DNA from: Macrostomum lignano
Taxonomy: Eukaryota
DNA length: 64,000 nucleotides
NCBI GenBank assembly: GCA_002269645.1
Contig: NIVC01002036.1
Span: 62,001-126,000 of the forward strand
Reading direction: 5' to 3'
How positions within the stretch are numbered: the stretch's first letter is position 1; each line of letters begins with the position of its first letter. Positions 21,205-35,900 of this stretch are shown here, in pieces. Position numbers and translations under genes: made by a program. Under the pieces are notes generated by a model. That model had not been told where the DNA came from and searched no databases. It saw nothing but the letters and a program-made list of their open reading frames with translations.

Positions 21205-23428
21205 TCAACGCAGAGTAGAAGAAGCGCAAACGCAGCCGCAGGCGGCCGGGCATTCCAGCCGGCCAGCCCGGAACCAGGAGCGCAGGTGGTCCGGGTGGCC
21301 GCCATGGCCGCACGCCAGGCACACCAGCAGGAGGCCGCTGGTTGGCCGCCAGCAGATCGAGCAGGCGATGCGGAAGCCGCTGCTGGCGGCGGCCAATGAG
21401 CGGCAGGAGTCGCAGGGACCGCGGCGGCCGCAGCGATGGCAGGCCAGCTGCAGTTGAACATGAGGCGGCGGGTGATGCGGCTGCGGCTGCGGCTGACTGG
21501 CCGGGGAAATGGACGCGGGGTCCAAGTCCACGCTGAACACCCACTGCTTGAGCAGCTGCGCCCGGGCTTCGTGCAGGCCCCAGCTGTACAGCAGGCTGGA
21601 GTACCGCGTCAGGTGACTGTTGATGAGGCGGGCCAGGCGGCTGTTCAGCAGCCTGCGGCGGTGGGGATGGTGGGATTATTGGAGGGTGTGGGATTATTGT
21701 AGGGTGTGGGATTTATGGAGGGTGTGGGATTTATGGAGGGTGTGGGATTATTGGAGGGTGTGGGATTATTGTAGGGTGTGGGATTTATGAAGGGTGTGGG
21801 ATTTATGGAGGGTGTGGGATTATTGGAGGGTGTGGGATTATTGTAGGGTGTGGGATTTATGGAGGGTGTGGGATTTATGGAGGGTGTGGGATTATTGGAG
21901 GGTGTGGGATTATTGTAGGGTGTGGGATTTTTGGAGGATGTGGGATTTATGGAGGGTGTGGGAATTATTGTAGGGTGTGGGGTTATTGTAGGGTGTGTGA
22001 TTTATGGAGTGTGTGTGATTTATGGAGGGTGTGGGATTATTGTAGGGTGTGTGATTTATGGAGTGTGTGTGATTTATGGAGGGTGTGGGATTATTGGAGG
22101 GTGTGGGATTTATGGAGGGTGTGGGATTTATGGAGGGTGTGGGATTTATGGAGGGTGTGGGATTATTGGAGGGTGTGGGTTTATTGTAGGGTGTGTGATT
22201 TATGGAGGGTGTGTGATTTATGGAGGGTGTGGGATTATTGTAGGGTGTGTGATTTATGGAGGGTGTGGGATTATTGTAGGGTGTGGGGTTATTGGAGGGT
22301 GTGGAATTATTGTAGGGTGTGTGATTTATGGAGGGTGTGGGATTATTGCAGGGTGTGTGATTTATGGAGGGTGTGGGATTATTGCAGGGTGTGGGGTTAT
22401 TGGAGGGTGTGGAATTATTGTAGGGTGTGTGATTTATGGAGGGTGTGGGATTATTGCAGGGTGTGGGGTTATTGGAGGGTGTGGAATTACTGGAGGGTGT
22501 GGGATTATTGGAGGGTGTGGGATTTATGGAGGGTGTGGGAATTATTGTAGGGTGTGGGGTTATTGTAGGGTGTGTGATTTATGGAGGGTGTGGGAATTAT
22601 TGTAGGGTGTGGGGTTATTGTAGGGTGTGTGATTTATGGAGGGTGTGGGATTATTGTAGGATGTGTGATTTATGGAGGGTGTGTGATTTATGGAGGGTGT
22701 GGGATTATTGCAGGGTGTGGGGTAACTGCAGGGTGCGGGATTATTTAGGGCGTATGATTATTTTAGGGCGTATGATTATTTTAGGGCGTAGGATTTTTTA
22801 GGGTGTGGGATCACTGTAGTGTGGGGTCACTGCAGTGTGTGGTCACTGTATAGGGTGTGGGATCACTGCAGTGTGCGGTCACTGTATAGGGTGTGGGATA
22901 ATGGGATTACAATCAGTAAGGCACTCAAACCTGGAGTGCTCAAAGTGCCGCATGATGGTGTCGCTCTCTAGACTAGCAGGAGGTTCAACCGGGGTTCGCA
23001 CATCATTGTCGGAGACGGACTTGACCCGCGATGACTGCTGGTTCAAGCGGGCGATGGAGGCTGAAGCGGTCAGATTTTTGCGAGAAGATTTAATTTCAAC
23101 CGGTATTGCACATTGAACTATTTTCGAAACATGGCTACTGAAAATAGCCTGTCAGTAGTGTGTTTAGGAAAGTACCGTAATAATTTATAGTTTAAAGATA
23201 ATAAAAAAGCGCCCACCAATCTGCGCTGATGGCGACTGATTCTGGCATTTTTCAGAGGCAGAGGCAAAAAACAGGAAATAACAAGTAGCGCGAGCGCAGC
23301 AGCATACCGGTAGCTCGAGATCACAGACCAGCTGAGATTGACACGGATTAACAGACAGACAGCCAGATAGACAGACAAACAGACAGAGAGACGGACAGAC
23401 AGGGACAGATAGAGAGAGAAAGACAGAA

Positions 23429-23459
<31 letters not shown>

Positions 23460-23466
23460 GACGACG

Positions 23467-23498
<32 letters not shown>

Positions 23499-23501
23499 AA
23501 G

Positions 23502-23533
<32 letters not shown>

Positions 23534-23562
23534 AGATAGACGACAGAGACAGAGAGACGGAC

Positions 23563-23616
<54 letters not shown>

Positions 23617-23637
23617 GACAAAGACAGAGAGACGGAC

Positions 23638-23678
<41 letters not shown>

Positions 23679-23723
23679 AGGACAGACAGACAGATAGACA
23701 GACAGAAAGACAGACAGACAGAC

Positions 23724-23764
<41 letters not shown>

Positions 23765-23815
23765 TAGACAGACAGAAAGACAGACAGACAGACAGACAGA
23801 GACAGAGAGACGGAC

Positions 23816-23872
<57 letters not shown>

Positions 23873-23891
23873 GACAGAGAGACGGACAGAG

Positions 23892-23936
<45 letters not shown>

Positions 23937-23955
23937 GACAGAGAGACGGACAGAG

Positions 23956-23996
<41 letters not shown>

Positions 23997-24015
23997 GACA
24001 GAGAGACGGACAGAG

Positions 24016-24077
<62 letters not shown>

Positions 24078-24098
24078 GACAGAGACAGAGAGACGGAC

Positions 24099-24140
<42 letters not shown>

Positions 24141-24161
24141 GACAGAGACAGAGAGACGGAC

Positions 24162-24211
<50 letters not shown>

Positions 24212-24236
24212 GACAGAGACAGAGAGACGGACAGAG

Positions 24237-24277
<41 letters not shown>

Positions 24278-24310
24278 TAGACAGACAGAAAGACAGACAG
24301 ACAGACAGAG

Positions 24311-24367
<57 letters not shown>

Positions 24368-24418
24368 TAGACAGACAGAAAGACAGACAGACAGACAGAC
24401 AGAGACAGAGAGACGGAC

Positions 24419-24461
<43 letters not shown>

Positions 24462-24518
24462 CCAGGACAGACAGACACTAGGACAGACAGACAGACAGAC
24501 AGACAGACAGAGACAGAG

Positions 24519-24557
<39 letters not shown>

Positions 24558-24576
24558 GACAGAGAGACGGACAGAG

Positions 24577-24637
<61 letters not shown>

Positions 24638-24638
24638 G

Positions 24639-24678
<40 letters not shown>

Positions 24679-24699
24679 GACAGAGACAGAGAGACGGAC

Positions 24700-24749
<50 letters not shown>

Positions 24750-24856
24750 GACAGAGACAGAGAGACGGACAGAGACAGACAGACAGACAGACAGACATAC
24801 AGACAGACAGACAGACAGACAGACAGATAGACAGACAGAAAGACAGACAGACAGAC

Positions 24857-24917
<61 letters not shown>

Positions 24918-24968
24918 TAGACAGACAGAAAGACAGACAGACAGACAGACAGAGACAGAGAGACGGAC

Positions 24969-25013
<45 letters not shown>

Positions 25014-25032
25014 GACAGAGAGACGGACAGAG

Positions 25033-25085
<53 letters not shown>

Positions 25086-25104
25086 GACAGAGAGACGGAC
25101 AGAG

Positions 25105-25145
<41 letters not shown>

Positions 25146-25164
25146 GACAGAGAGACGGACAGAG

Positions 25165-25222
<58 letters not shown>

Positions 25223-25243
25223 GACAGAGACAAAGAGACGGAC

Positions 25244-25289
<46 letters not shown>

Positions 25290-25330
25290 GACAGAGACAG
25301 AGAGACGGACAGAGACAGACAGACAGACAG

Positions 25331-25411
<81 letters not shown>

Positions 25412-25462
25412 TAGACAGACAGAAAGACAGACAGACAGACAGACAGAGACAGAGAGACGGAC

Positions 25463-25493
<31 letters not shown>

Positions 25494-25582
25494 CTAGGAC
25501 AGACAGACACTAGGACAGACAGACACTAGGACAGACAGACACTAGGACAGACAGACAGACAGACAGACAGACAGAGACAGAG

Positions 25583-25629
<47 letters not shown>

Positions 25630-25648
25630 GACAGAGAGACGGACAGAG

Positions 25649-25713
<65 letters not shown>

Positions 25714-25732
25714 GACAGAGAGACGGACAGAG

Positions 25733-25785
<53 letters not shown>

Positions 25786-25804
25786 GACAGAGAGACGGAC
25801 AGAG

Positions 25805-25845
<41 letters not shown>

Positions 25846-25907
25846 GACAGAGAGACGGACAGAGACAGACGGACAGACAGACAGACGACAGAGACAGAGA
25901 GACGGAC

Positions 25908-25953
<46 letters not shown>

Positions 25954-25994
25954 GACAGAGACAGAGAGACGGACAGAGACAGACAGACAGACAG

Positions 25995-26067
<73 letters not shown>

Positions 26068-26118
26068 TAGACAGACAGAAAGACAGACAGACAGACAGAC
26101 AGAGACAGAGAGACGGAC

Positions 26119-26149
<31 letters not shown>

Positions 26150-26238
26150 CTAGGACAGACAGACACTAGGACAGACAGACACTAGGACAGACAGACACTA
26201 GGACAGACAGACAGACAGACAGACAGACAGAGACAGAG

Positions 26239-26285
<47 letters not shown>

Positions 26286-26304
26286 GACAGAGAGACGGAC
26301 AGAG

Positions 26305-26357
<53 letters not shown>

Positions 26358-26376
26358 GACAGAGAGACGGACAGAG

Positions 26377-26417
<41 letters not shown>

Positions 26418-26436
26418 GACAGAGAGACGGACAGAG

Positions 26437-26490
<54 letters not shown>

Positions 26491-26511
26491 GACAGAGACA
26501 GAGAGACGGAC

Positions 26512-26557
<46 letters not shown>

Positions 26558-26614
26558 GACAGAGACAGAGAGACGGACAGAGACAGACAGACAGACAGAC
26601 AGACGGACAGACAG

Positions 26615-26685
<71 letters not shown>

Positions 26686-26726
26686 CACAGACAGACAGAC
26701 AGACAGACAGACACACAGACAGACAC

Positions 26727-26757
<31 letters not shown>

Positions 26758-26862
26758 CTAGGACAGACAGACACTAGGACAGACAGACACTAGGACAGAC
26801 AGACACTAGGACAGACAGACACTAGGACAGACAGACAGACAGACAGACAGACAGAGACAGAG

Positions 26863-26901
<39 letters not shown>

Positions 26902-26916
26902 GACAGAGAGACGGAC

Positions 26917-26989
<73 letters not shown>

Positions 26990-27008
26990 GACAGAGAGAC
27001 GGACAGAG

Positions 27009-27061
<53 letters not shown>

Positions 27062-27080
27062 GACAGAGAGACGGACAGAG

Positions 27081-27121
<41 letters not shown>

Positions 27122-27183
27122 GACAGAGAGACGGACAGAGACAGACGGACAGACAGACAGACGACAGAGACAGAGAGACGGAC

Positions 27184-27229
<46 letters not shown>

Positions 27230-27270
27230 GACAGAGACAGAGAGACGGACAGAGACAGACAGACAGACAG

Positions 27271-27339
<69 letters not shown>

Positions 27340-27390
27340 TAGACAGACAGAAAGACAGACAGACAGACAGACAGAGACAGAGAGACGGAC

Positions 27391-27421
<31 letters not shown>

Positions 27422-27510
27422 CTAGGACAGACAGACACTAGGACAGACAGACACTAGGACAGACAGACACTAGGACAGACAGACAGACAGACAGACAGAC
27501 AGAGACAGAG

Positions 27511-27557
<47 letters not shown>

Positions 27558-27576
27558 GACAGAGAGACGGACAGAG

Positions 27577-27621
<45 letters not shown>

Positions 27622-27640
27622 GACAGAGAGACGGACAGAG

Positions 27641-27681
<41 letters not shown>

Positions 27682-27700
27682 GACAGAGAGACGGACAGAG

Positions 27701-27754
<54 letters not shown>

Positions 27755-27775
27755 GACAGAGACAGAGAGACGGAC

Positions 27776-27821
<46 letters not shown>

Positions 27822-27862
27822 GACAGAGACAGAGAGACGGACAGAGACAGACAGACAGACAG

Positions 27863-27947
<85 letters not shown>

Positions 27948-28000
27948 TAGACAGACAGAAAGACAGACAGACAGACAGACAGAGACAGAGAGACGGACGG

Positions 28001-28033
<33 letters not shown>

Positions 28034-28122
28034 CTAGGACAGACAGACACTAGGACAGACAGACACTAGGACAGACAGACACTAGGACAGACAGACAGAC
28101 AGACAGACAGACAGAGACAGAG

Positions 28123-28169
<47 letters not shown>

Positions 28170-28188
28170 GACAGAGAGACGGACAGAG

Positions 28189-28249
<61 letters not shown>

Positions 28250-28268
28250 GACAGAGAGACGGACAGAG

Positions 28269-28333
<65 letters not shown>

Positions 28334-28384
28334 TAGACAGACAGAAAGACAGACAGACAGACAGACAGAGACAGAGAGACGGAC

Positions 28385-28415
<31 letters not shown>

Positions 28416-28520
28416 CTAGGACAGACAGACACTAGGACAGACAGACACTAGGACAGACAGACACTAGGACAGACAGACACTAGGACAGACAGACAGACAG
28501 ACAGACAGACAGAGACAGAG

Positions 28521-28559
<39 letters not shown>

Positions 28560-28574
28560 GACAGAGAGACGGAC

Positions 28575-28639
<65 letters not shown>

Positions 28640-28658
28640 GACAGAGAGACGGACAGAG

Positions 28659-28711
<53 letters not shown>

Positions 28712-28730
28712 GACAGAGAGACGGACAGAG

Positions 28731-28771
<41 letters not shown>

Positions 28772-28833
28772 GACAGAGAGACGGACAGAGACAGACGGAC
28801 AGACAGACAGACGACAGAGACAGAGAGACGGAC

Positions 28834-28875
<42 letters not shown>

Positions 28876-28916
28876 GACAGAGACAGAGAGACGGACAGAG
28901 ACAGACAGACAGACAG

Positions 28917-28993
<77 letters not shown>

Positions 28994-29044
28994 TAGACAG
29001 ACAGAAAGACAGACAGACAGACAGACAGAGACAGAGAGACGGAC

Positions 29045-29079
<35 letters not shown>

Positions 29080-29168
29080 CTAGGACAGACAGACACTAGG
29101 ACAGACAGACACTAGGACAGACAGACACTAGGACAGACAGACAGACAGACAGACAGACAGAGACAGAG

Positions 29169-29215
<47 letters not shown>

Positions 29216-29234
29216 GACAGAGAGACGGACAGAG

Positions 29235-29279
<45 letters not shown>

Positions 29280-29298
29280 GACAGAGAGACGGACAGAG

Positions 29299-29339
<41 letters not shown>

Positions 29340-29358
29340 GACAGAGAGACGGACAGAG

Positions 29359-29407
<49 letters not shown>

Positions 29408-29433
29408 TAGACGACAGAGACAGAGAGACGGAC

Positions 29434-29479
<46 letters not shown>

Positions 29480-29520
29480 GACAGAGACAGAGAGACGGAC
29501 AGAGACAGACAGACAGACAG

Positions 29521-29605
<85 letters not shown>

Positions 29606-29658
29606 TAGACAGACAGAAAGACAGACAGACAGACAGACAGAGACAGAGAGACGGACGG

Positions 29659-29691
<33 letters not shown>

Positions 29692-29780
29692 CTAGGACAG
29701 ACAGACACTAGGACAGACAGACACTAGGACAGACAGACACTAGGACAGACAGACAGACAGACAGACAGACAGAGACAGAG

Positions 29781-29827
<47 letters not shown>

Positions 29828-29846
29828 GACAGAGAGACGGACAGAG

Positions 29847-29907
<61 letters not shown>

Positions 29908-29928
29908 GACAGAGACAGAGAGACGGAC

Positions 29929-29997
<69 letters not shown>

Positions 29998-32900
29998 GAG
30001 ACGGACAGAGACAGAGAGAGACAATTTAAGGCTAATGCTTGGGCAATTCGGGCACAGCACCGAAGGATGCAGACACGCACTCAGCTAACAGTGCACACCA
30101 ACTTACCCACGCTGCAATCTGTGACAGTCTTATTTATGACAGGGAGGGAAGGCGGTGAAAATGCGGGCAAAATATTGATAGTAGTGCAAGTACGAAGAAT
30201 ACGAGCTATATAAAGCAGCGTATAAATGTGAAGTTTTGGTTAGTCAGACAACACAAAATCATGCGATTAAAAGCGAGTGTCACGAGATAGGAAACTTAAA
30301 AGCAGTCAGTAGATACTACTCGCAGATCTAACTAGTGCGGCAATTTTTTAACATAATAAAAATCATTTTTTAACACAACAGGAACTGGCACTCTGTTTAC
30401 TCTATTTGTGTCGCTTTTCAGTTTGAAGGCCAAGGTTAGCATTGGGATTAAGGCTACCATTCTTGGTGGAGATTAGGGGCGATTGTTGGTGGAGATTAGG
30501 GGCGATTGTTGGTGGAGATTATGGGCGATTGTTGGTGGAGATTAGGGGCGATTGTTGGTGGAGATTATGGGCGATTGTTTGTGGAGATTAGGGGCGATTG
30601 TTTGTGGAGATTAGGGGCGATTGTTGGTGGAGATTATGGGCGATTGTTGGTGGAGATTAGGGGCGATTGTTGGTGCAGATTAGGGGCGATTCTTGGCGGA
30701 GATTAGGAGCGATTGTTTGTGGAGATTAGGGGAGATTGTTGGCGGAGATTAGGGGCGATTGTTGGTGGAGATTAGGGGAGATTGTTGGCGGAGATTAGGG
30801 GCGATTGTTGGTGGAGATTAGGGGAGATTGTTGGCGGAGATTAGGAGCGATTGTTTGTGGAGATTAGGGGCGATTGTTGGTGGAGATTAGGGGCGATTGT
30901 TGGTGGAGATTAGGGGAGATTGTTGGCGGAGATTAGGGGCGATTGTTGGTGGAGATTAGGGGAGATTGTTGGCGGAGATTAGGAGCGATTGTTTGTGGAG
31001 ATTAGGGGCGATTGTTGGTGGAGATTAGGGGCGATTGTTGGTGGAGATTAGGGGAGATTGTTGGCGGAGATTAGGGGCGATTGTTGGTGGAGATTAGGGG
31101 AGATTGTTGGCGGAGATTAGGAGCGATTGTTTGTGGAGATTAGGGGCGATTGTTGGTGGAGATTAGGGGCGATTGTTGGTGGAGATTAGGGGAGATTGTT
31201 GGCGGAGATTAGGAGCGATTGTTTGTGGAGATTAGGGGCGATTGTTGGTGGAGATTAGGGGCGATTGTTGGCGGAGATTAGGGGCGATTGTTTGTGGAGA
31301 TTAGGGGCGATTCCTAATGCAGATAGGAGAGCGCAGAGACTGAAGTTTAATAACTTTATGACAGCTCAAGACGCCTGATAAATTCTAACCGGAAATTGGT
31401 GCAGCAGCTCAAAGCTCAGCGATTAGGAACAGAAAGAAAAATGAAACAATTTGAGTCTCTCCGACAGACCCAGAGCCTGCCAGCCAGATCTGCATAGCAA
31501 CAGAACTGACGCCAACCTACCCAGGTTTGACTTGGCCGCCAGAGCGGCAGGCATGGTCTGATAGTGGTCCGGGTGCTGCAATAATATTTAGCATTAACTG
31601 GCTATTGAAGTTAGCGGGACCCGGCTTACACTTCTTACAGTAAGCGGTAGTGCAGTTGAAGCAATCAGCTATATAAATATGAGAATCATTAAATTTTAAT
31701 GACAAAGTGCAATAATTTTCTGAAGCTATAAAATTGAAGCCGTGTCAGAATCAGCGCTGGTTAATATTTCATCCATAAATCACGATTGGAAGTCCGCTAA
31801 AGACGGAGTATTGATCCGAAAATCGATTGAATCAATTGTAGCAGGTAAAATTTGGGCGGCAGGGTTAGAATGGCCTGACACTGGGCAAACTCACCGATTC
31901 GAGGCGAGGGCTGACTCAGCAGCGTTGGCGTGAATTTGAGATCATTGCACAAAAAATAGAAAAAAACATCTTATCATGTCGCTAATTTTCATGTGTAATT
32001 TTAGGCCTAATACGCATTTGTTTCTACTATTAACGATTATCAGTAGGCTGAAACGAACATTGCTACCGGAATTAAATGTTAATAAGTAAAAATGCTCTGA
32101 ATTAAATCGCATAAGCACGGGTTGCCACGCACACAAACTGCCGCTAAGCACAATCACCGATGTGCCATTGGGCGACTCCAAGGTAGTCAGACTGGCGGCC
32201 GGGGGGTGCAAGTTCAAGTTGAACGATATTTGCCGCTGCTTCCGCTGGATAATTGGAATCGCCTGCGCCAGCAACCAGCCGAATTATAAATATGCGCACG
32301 GTATAATAACTATCGATACATATCGGCAAAGTTGATGTTAAATTGTGAGACAAAGTTTCAAATGATTTTGAAATGATATTCTAGATGATTTTGAGATGAT
32401 ATTCCAAAAGATTTTGAGATGATATTCCAGATGATTTTGAGATGATATTCCAGATGATTTTGAGATGATATTTCAGATGATTTTGAGATGATATTCCAGA
32501 TGATTTTGAGATGATATTCCAGATGATTTTGAGATGATATTCCAGATGATTTTGAGATGATATTCCAGATGATTTTGAGATGCACCAGCAGTAACTGTTT
32601 CAGGCATTATCGATGCAATTCCCCAGATAACTCGCAGGCAATCCTTGCTCAAGATGCCCAACTTACCAGGCCTTCGCCATCGTCAATGGCAGCGCCGGAA
32701 GCCGCGGTGTTGCTGGACAGTGTCCGGCCGCCCAGACCGGACACCTGCTGGTAGCTGCCAGCCGACTGTTCCAGAACCTGCAGCGAGCTGATGGACGTCT
32801 GCGATTGGAAATGCTGCGGCTGTTGCTGCTTCTGCTTGAGCACGGCCAGCTGCTTCTGGAAGGAGTCGCACCAGCGGGAGTGCAGAGCTGACAGGTAGTA

Positions 32901-35900
32901 GGCGGCCATGCCCAGAGTCTGCACGTCGCCGAGTCGCTGCGGCCCGGCCAACAGACGGCGCAGGCGGTTCTCGTTCAGGACCCCGACTGGCCAGGGCCAG
33001 GCCTCGCCCGGCACCGCCGATGGGCCGAAATGCGACGCGGACAGGGCGGCCAGGACGCTCCACAGGGCGACAACGTCTGGCCGGCGATCGGCGTACGCGC
33101 CGGCGGCCTCGACGGCGTTCTGCCTGCAGGCGGCCGCGATCGAGTCGCCCGGCCACAGGCGGTAGCGCTGGGCCAGAGAGCGGCTCACCTGGGGGGGCGG
33201 GTTGGGGGAGTCTCTTATTCTCACGACAACTCTCAAGGACAACTCTCAAGCATTTTTTCGCCAGCTTCCAGCTAGTAGTTTGAATTAAGCAAGCACTAAC
33301 AGTTCTGTTGCCACATGGCCCTCACCGGAGACAGTCGCTCAACATCCAGCAGCTGCACCCTGGCTGAAATGCCGCAGTGCTGATGGCGCTGGTGGCGCTG
33401 GTGGCCGGCGCTGCTGCCGTCCTTGCCGGCGCCGCGATTGCGCGTGGCGCGGGCATCCAGCTGCCTGCGAGATTGATGATTGAATTTTTATAGTAAGCGA
33501 GGGGATAAAATCCTCATCAGATTGAGGATCTGGAAGGGTGGTTGGATATCTGGGAGGGTATTTAGGGATCTGAGAGGGTATTTAGGAATCTGAGAGGGCA
33601 TTTAGGAATCTGAGAGGGATCTGAGAGGGTATTTAGGGATCTGAGAGGGCATTTAGGGATCTGAGAGGGCATTTAGGGATCTGAAAGGGTATTTAGGGAT
33701 CTGAGAGGGTATTTAGGGATCTGAGAGGGTATTTAGGGATCTGAGAGGGCATTTAGGGATCTGAGAGGGTATTTAGGGATCTGAGAGGGTATTTAGGGAT
33801 CTGAGAGGGTATTTAGGGATCTGAGAGGGTATTTAGGGATCTGAGAGGGCATTTAGGGATCTGAGAGGGTATTTAGGGATCTGAGAGGGCATTTAGGGAT
33901 CTGAGAGGGTATTTAGGGATCTGAGAGGGTATTTAGGGATCTGAGAGGGCATTTAGGAATCTGAGAGGGATCTGAGAGGGTATTTAGGAATCTGAGAGGG
34001 ATCTGGGAGGGTATTTAGGGACCTAAGAGGGTATTTAGCGTTCTGAGAGGGTATGTAGGGATCTGAGAGTAGTTAGAATAGCTCACTTATAGAAAGTCCG
34101 CAGCAGGCTGCTGCAGCAACCAACTCCGCTGACGCCGCCTCCGCCGACGTTGCCGGGCCCGCCGCCGACTTTGCCGACTGCAGCCACTGAACTGGCGGAC
34201 TGGCCGGCAGAGGCCAGCAGGTGGTGGTGCAGGGACTGCCGGTGCGCCACGCCGTGGCGCTGCAGGCTGAGGCCGAACTGGTCGCCCCCGATGGCGGTGA
34301 TCAACTCGCTGAAGGCTCTCGGCGTGCTGGCAGACGAGCCGGCGGCGGCCTCCCTGGGCGGCTGGGAGCGGCAGAAGCAGACCAAGACTCCGCCGCCTGG
34401 TGAGAATCTGGCGCCGCAGGTGCGCGGGAACGGGATGTTCTGGTCTGGGAGCTGGGGATGGGGGGCAGCAGAGGTAAACAAATGGAGTCAAGGCAGAGCT
34501 GAAGCTGCCCAGTTATACAGCAGTCTCTCTGAGACTCGCTCTAAATTGCTGTTCAAATTAGCCAACTCTAGAATCACCCCAAGAATCACTCCGAGAATCA
34601 CCCCGAGAATCACTCAAGAATCACTTTAAGAATCACCCCAAGAATAATCCGAGAATCACTCCGAGAATCACCCAAAGAATCACTCCAAGAATCACCCAAA
34701 GAATCACTCCGAGAATACTCTTGAGAATCACCCGGAGAATCACTCCGTCACTCCCAAGAATTACTCCCGAAATAACCCAGATAATCACTCCCAAGAATCA
34801 CCCCGAGAATCACTCTCGAGAATCACCCAGAGAATCACTCTCGAGAATCACCCAGAGAATCACTCTCGAGAATCACTCCCGATAATCACCAAGAGGATCA
34901 CTCCAACAGTCACTCCCGAGAATCACTCCCGAGAATCACCCAAAGAATCCCTCCAAGAATCACCTCGAAAGTCTTTGTCGAGAATCACTCCCGAGAATCA
35001 CCATGAAAGTCACTGTCGAGAATCACTCCCGAGAATCACCATGAGAGTCACTCCAAGAATCACTCCCGAGAATCACCATGAGAGTCACTGTCGAGAATCA
35101 CTCCCGAGAATCACCATGAAAGTCACTCCAAGAATCACTCCCGAGAATCACCATGAGAGTCACTCCAAGAATCACTCCCGAGAATCACCATGAGAGTCAC
35201 TGTCGAGAATCACTCCCGAGAATCACCATGAGAGTCACTGTCGAGAATCACTCCCGAGAATCACCATGAAAGTCACTGTCGAGAATCACTCCCGAGAATC
35301 ACCATGAAAGTCACTGTCGAGAATCACTCCCGAGAATCACCATGAAAGTCACTGTCGAGAATCACTCCCGAGAATCACCATGAAAGTCACTGTCGAGAAT
35401 CACTCCCGAGAATCACCATGAAAGTCACTGTCGAGAATCACTCCCGAGAATCACCTTATAATCCGGCGCTCCCAGGTGGCTGGTGGCCCGCCGGCCAGCC
35501 AGAATGTCATCGGGCAGCAGGTTCGGCAGCAGGTGAGACGGCGGCAGGGTCTCGCAGAAGGACACGAGCTCCCTGAGGCCGCTCTCAACCAGCCTGGCGT
35601 CCCTCTGCCGGCCAACGAAGCCCTGGCTGAACTGGCTGAAAGTCTCGTACACCGCGGCATTCAAGGCGTCGGAGAGCTGGGAGCAGAGGTCCGGCTGCAG
35701 CGACTGCGCGGTCTGGGGCAGCAGGCGGACTTCGGGCAGGCTGCCGGGCGCGGCAAAGTTGAATTCAACGCAGACCCGGGTGGCGTCGAAGGTGGCTTCG
35801 AATTGGAACGGGCCTGCAGTTGGTAATTAGTAGGCAGCGCGTTGCTAGGCAGTCAGCGAGTGTTCTGACACTGACATTGAAGCTCGCACCCACAGTCCAA

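Noticed and set aside
21922-22801. Gly/Cys-rich 'keratin-associated/eggshell-like' ORFs
   Set aside because: Translation of an 18-bp minisatellite antisense to the WDR59 intron; no signal peptide or unique sequence.
23118-30080. Many long 'SVCL' ORFs (up to 720 aa)
   Set aside because: Translations of the GACA satellite; stop-free by composition.
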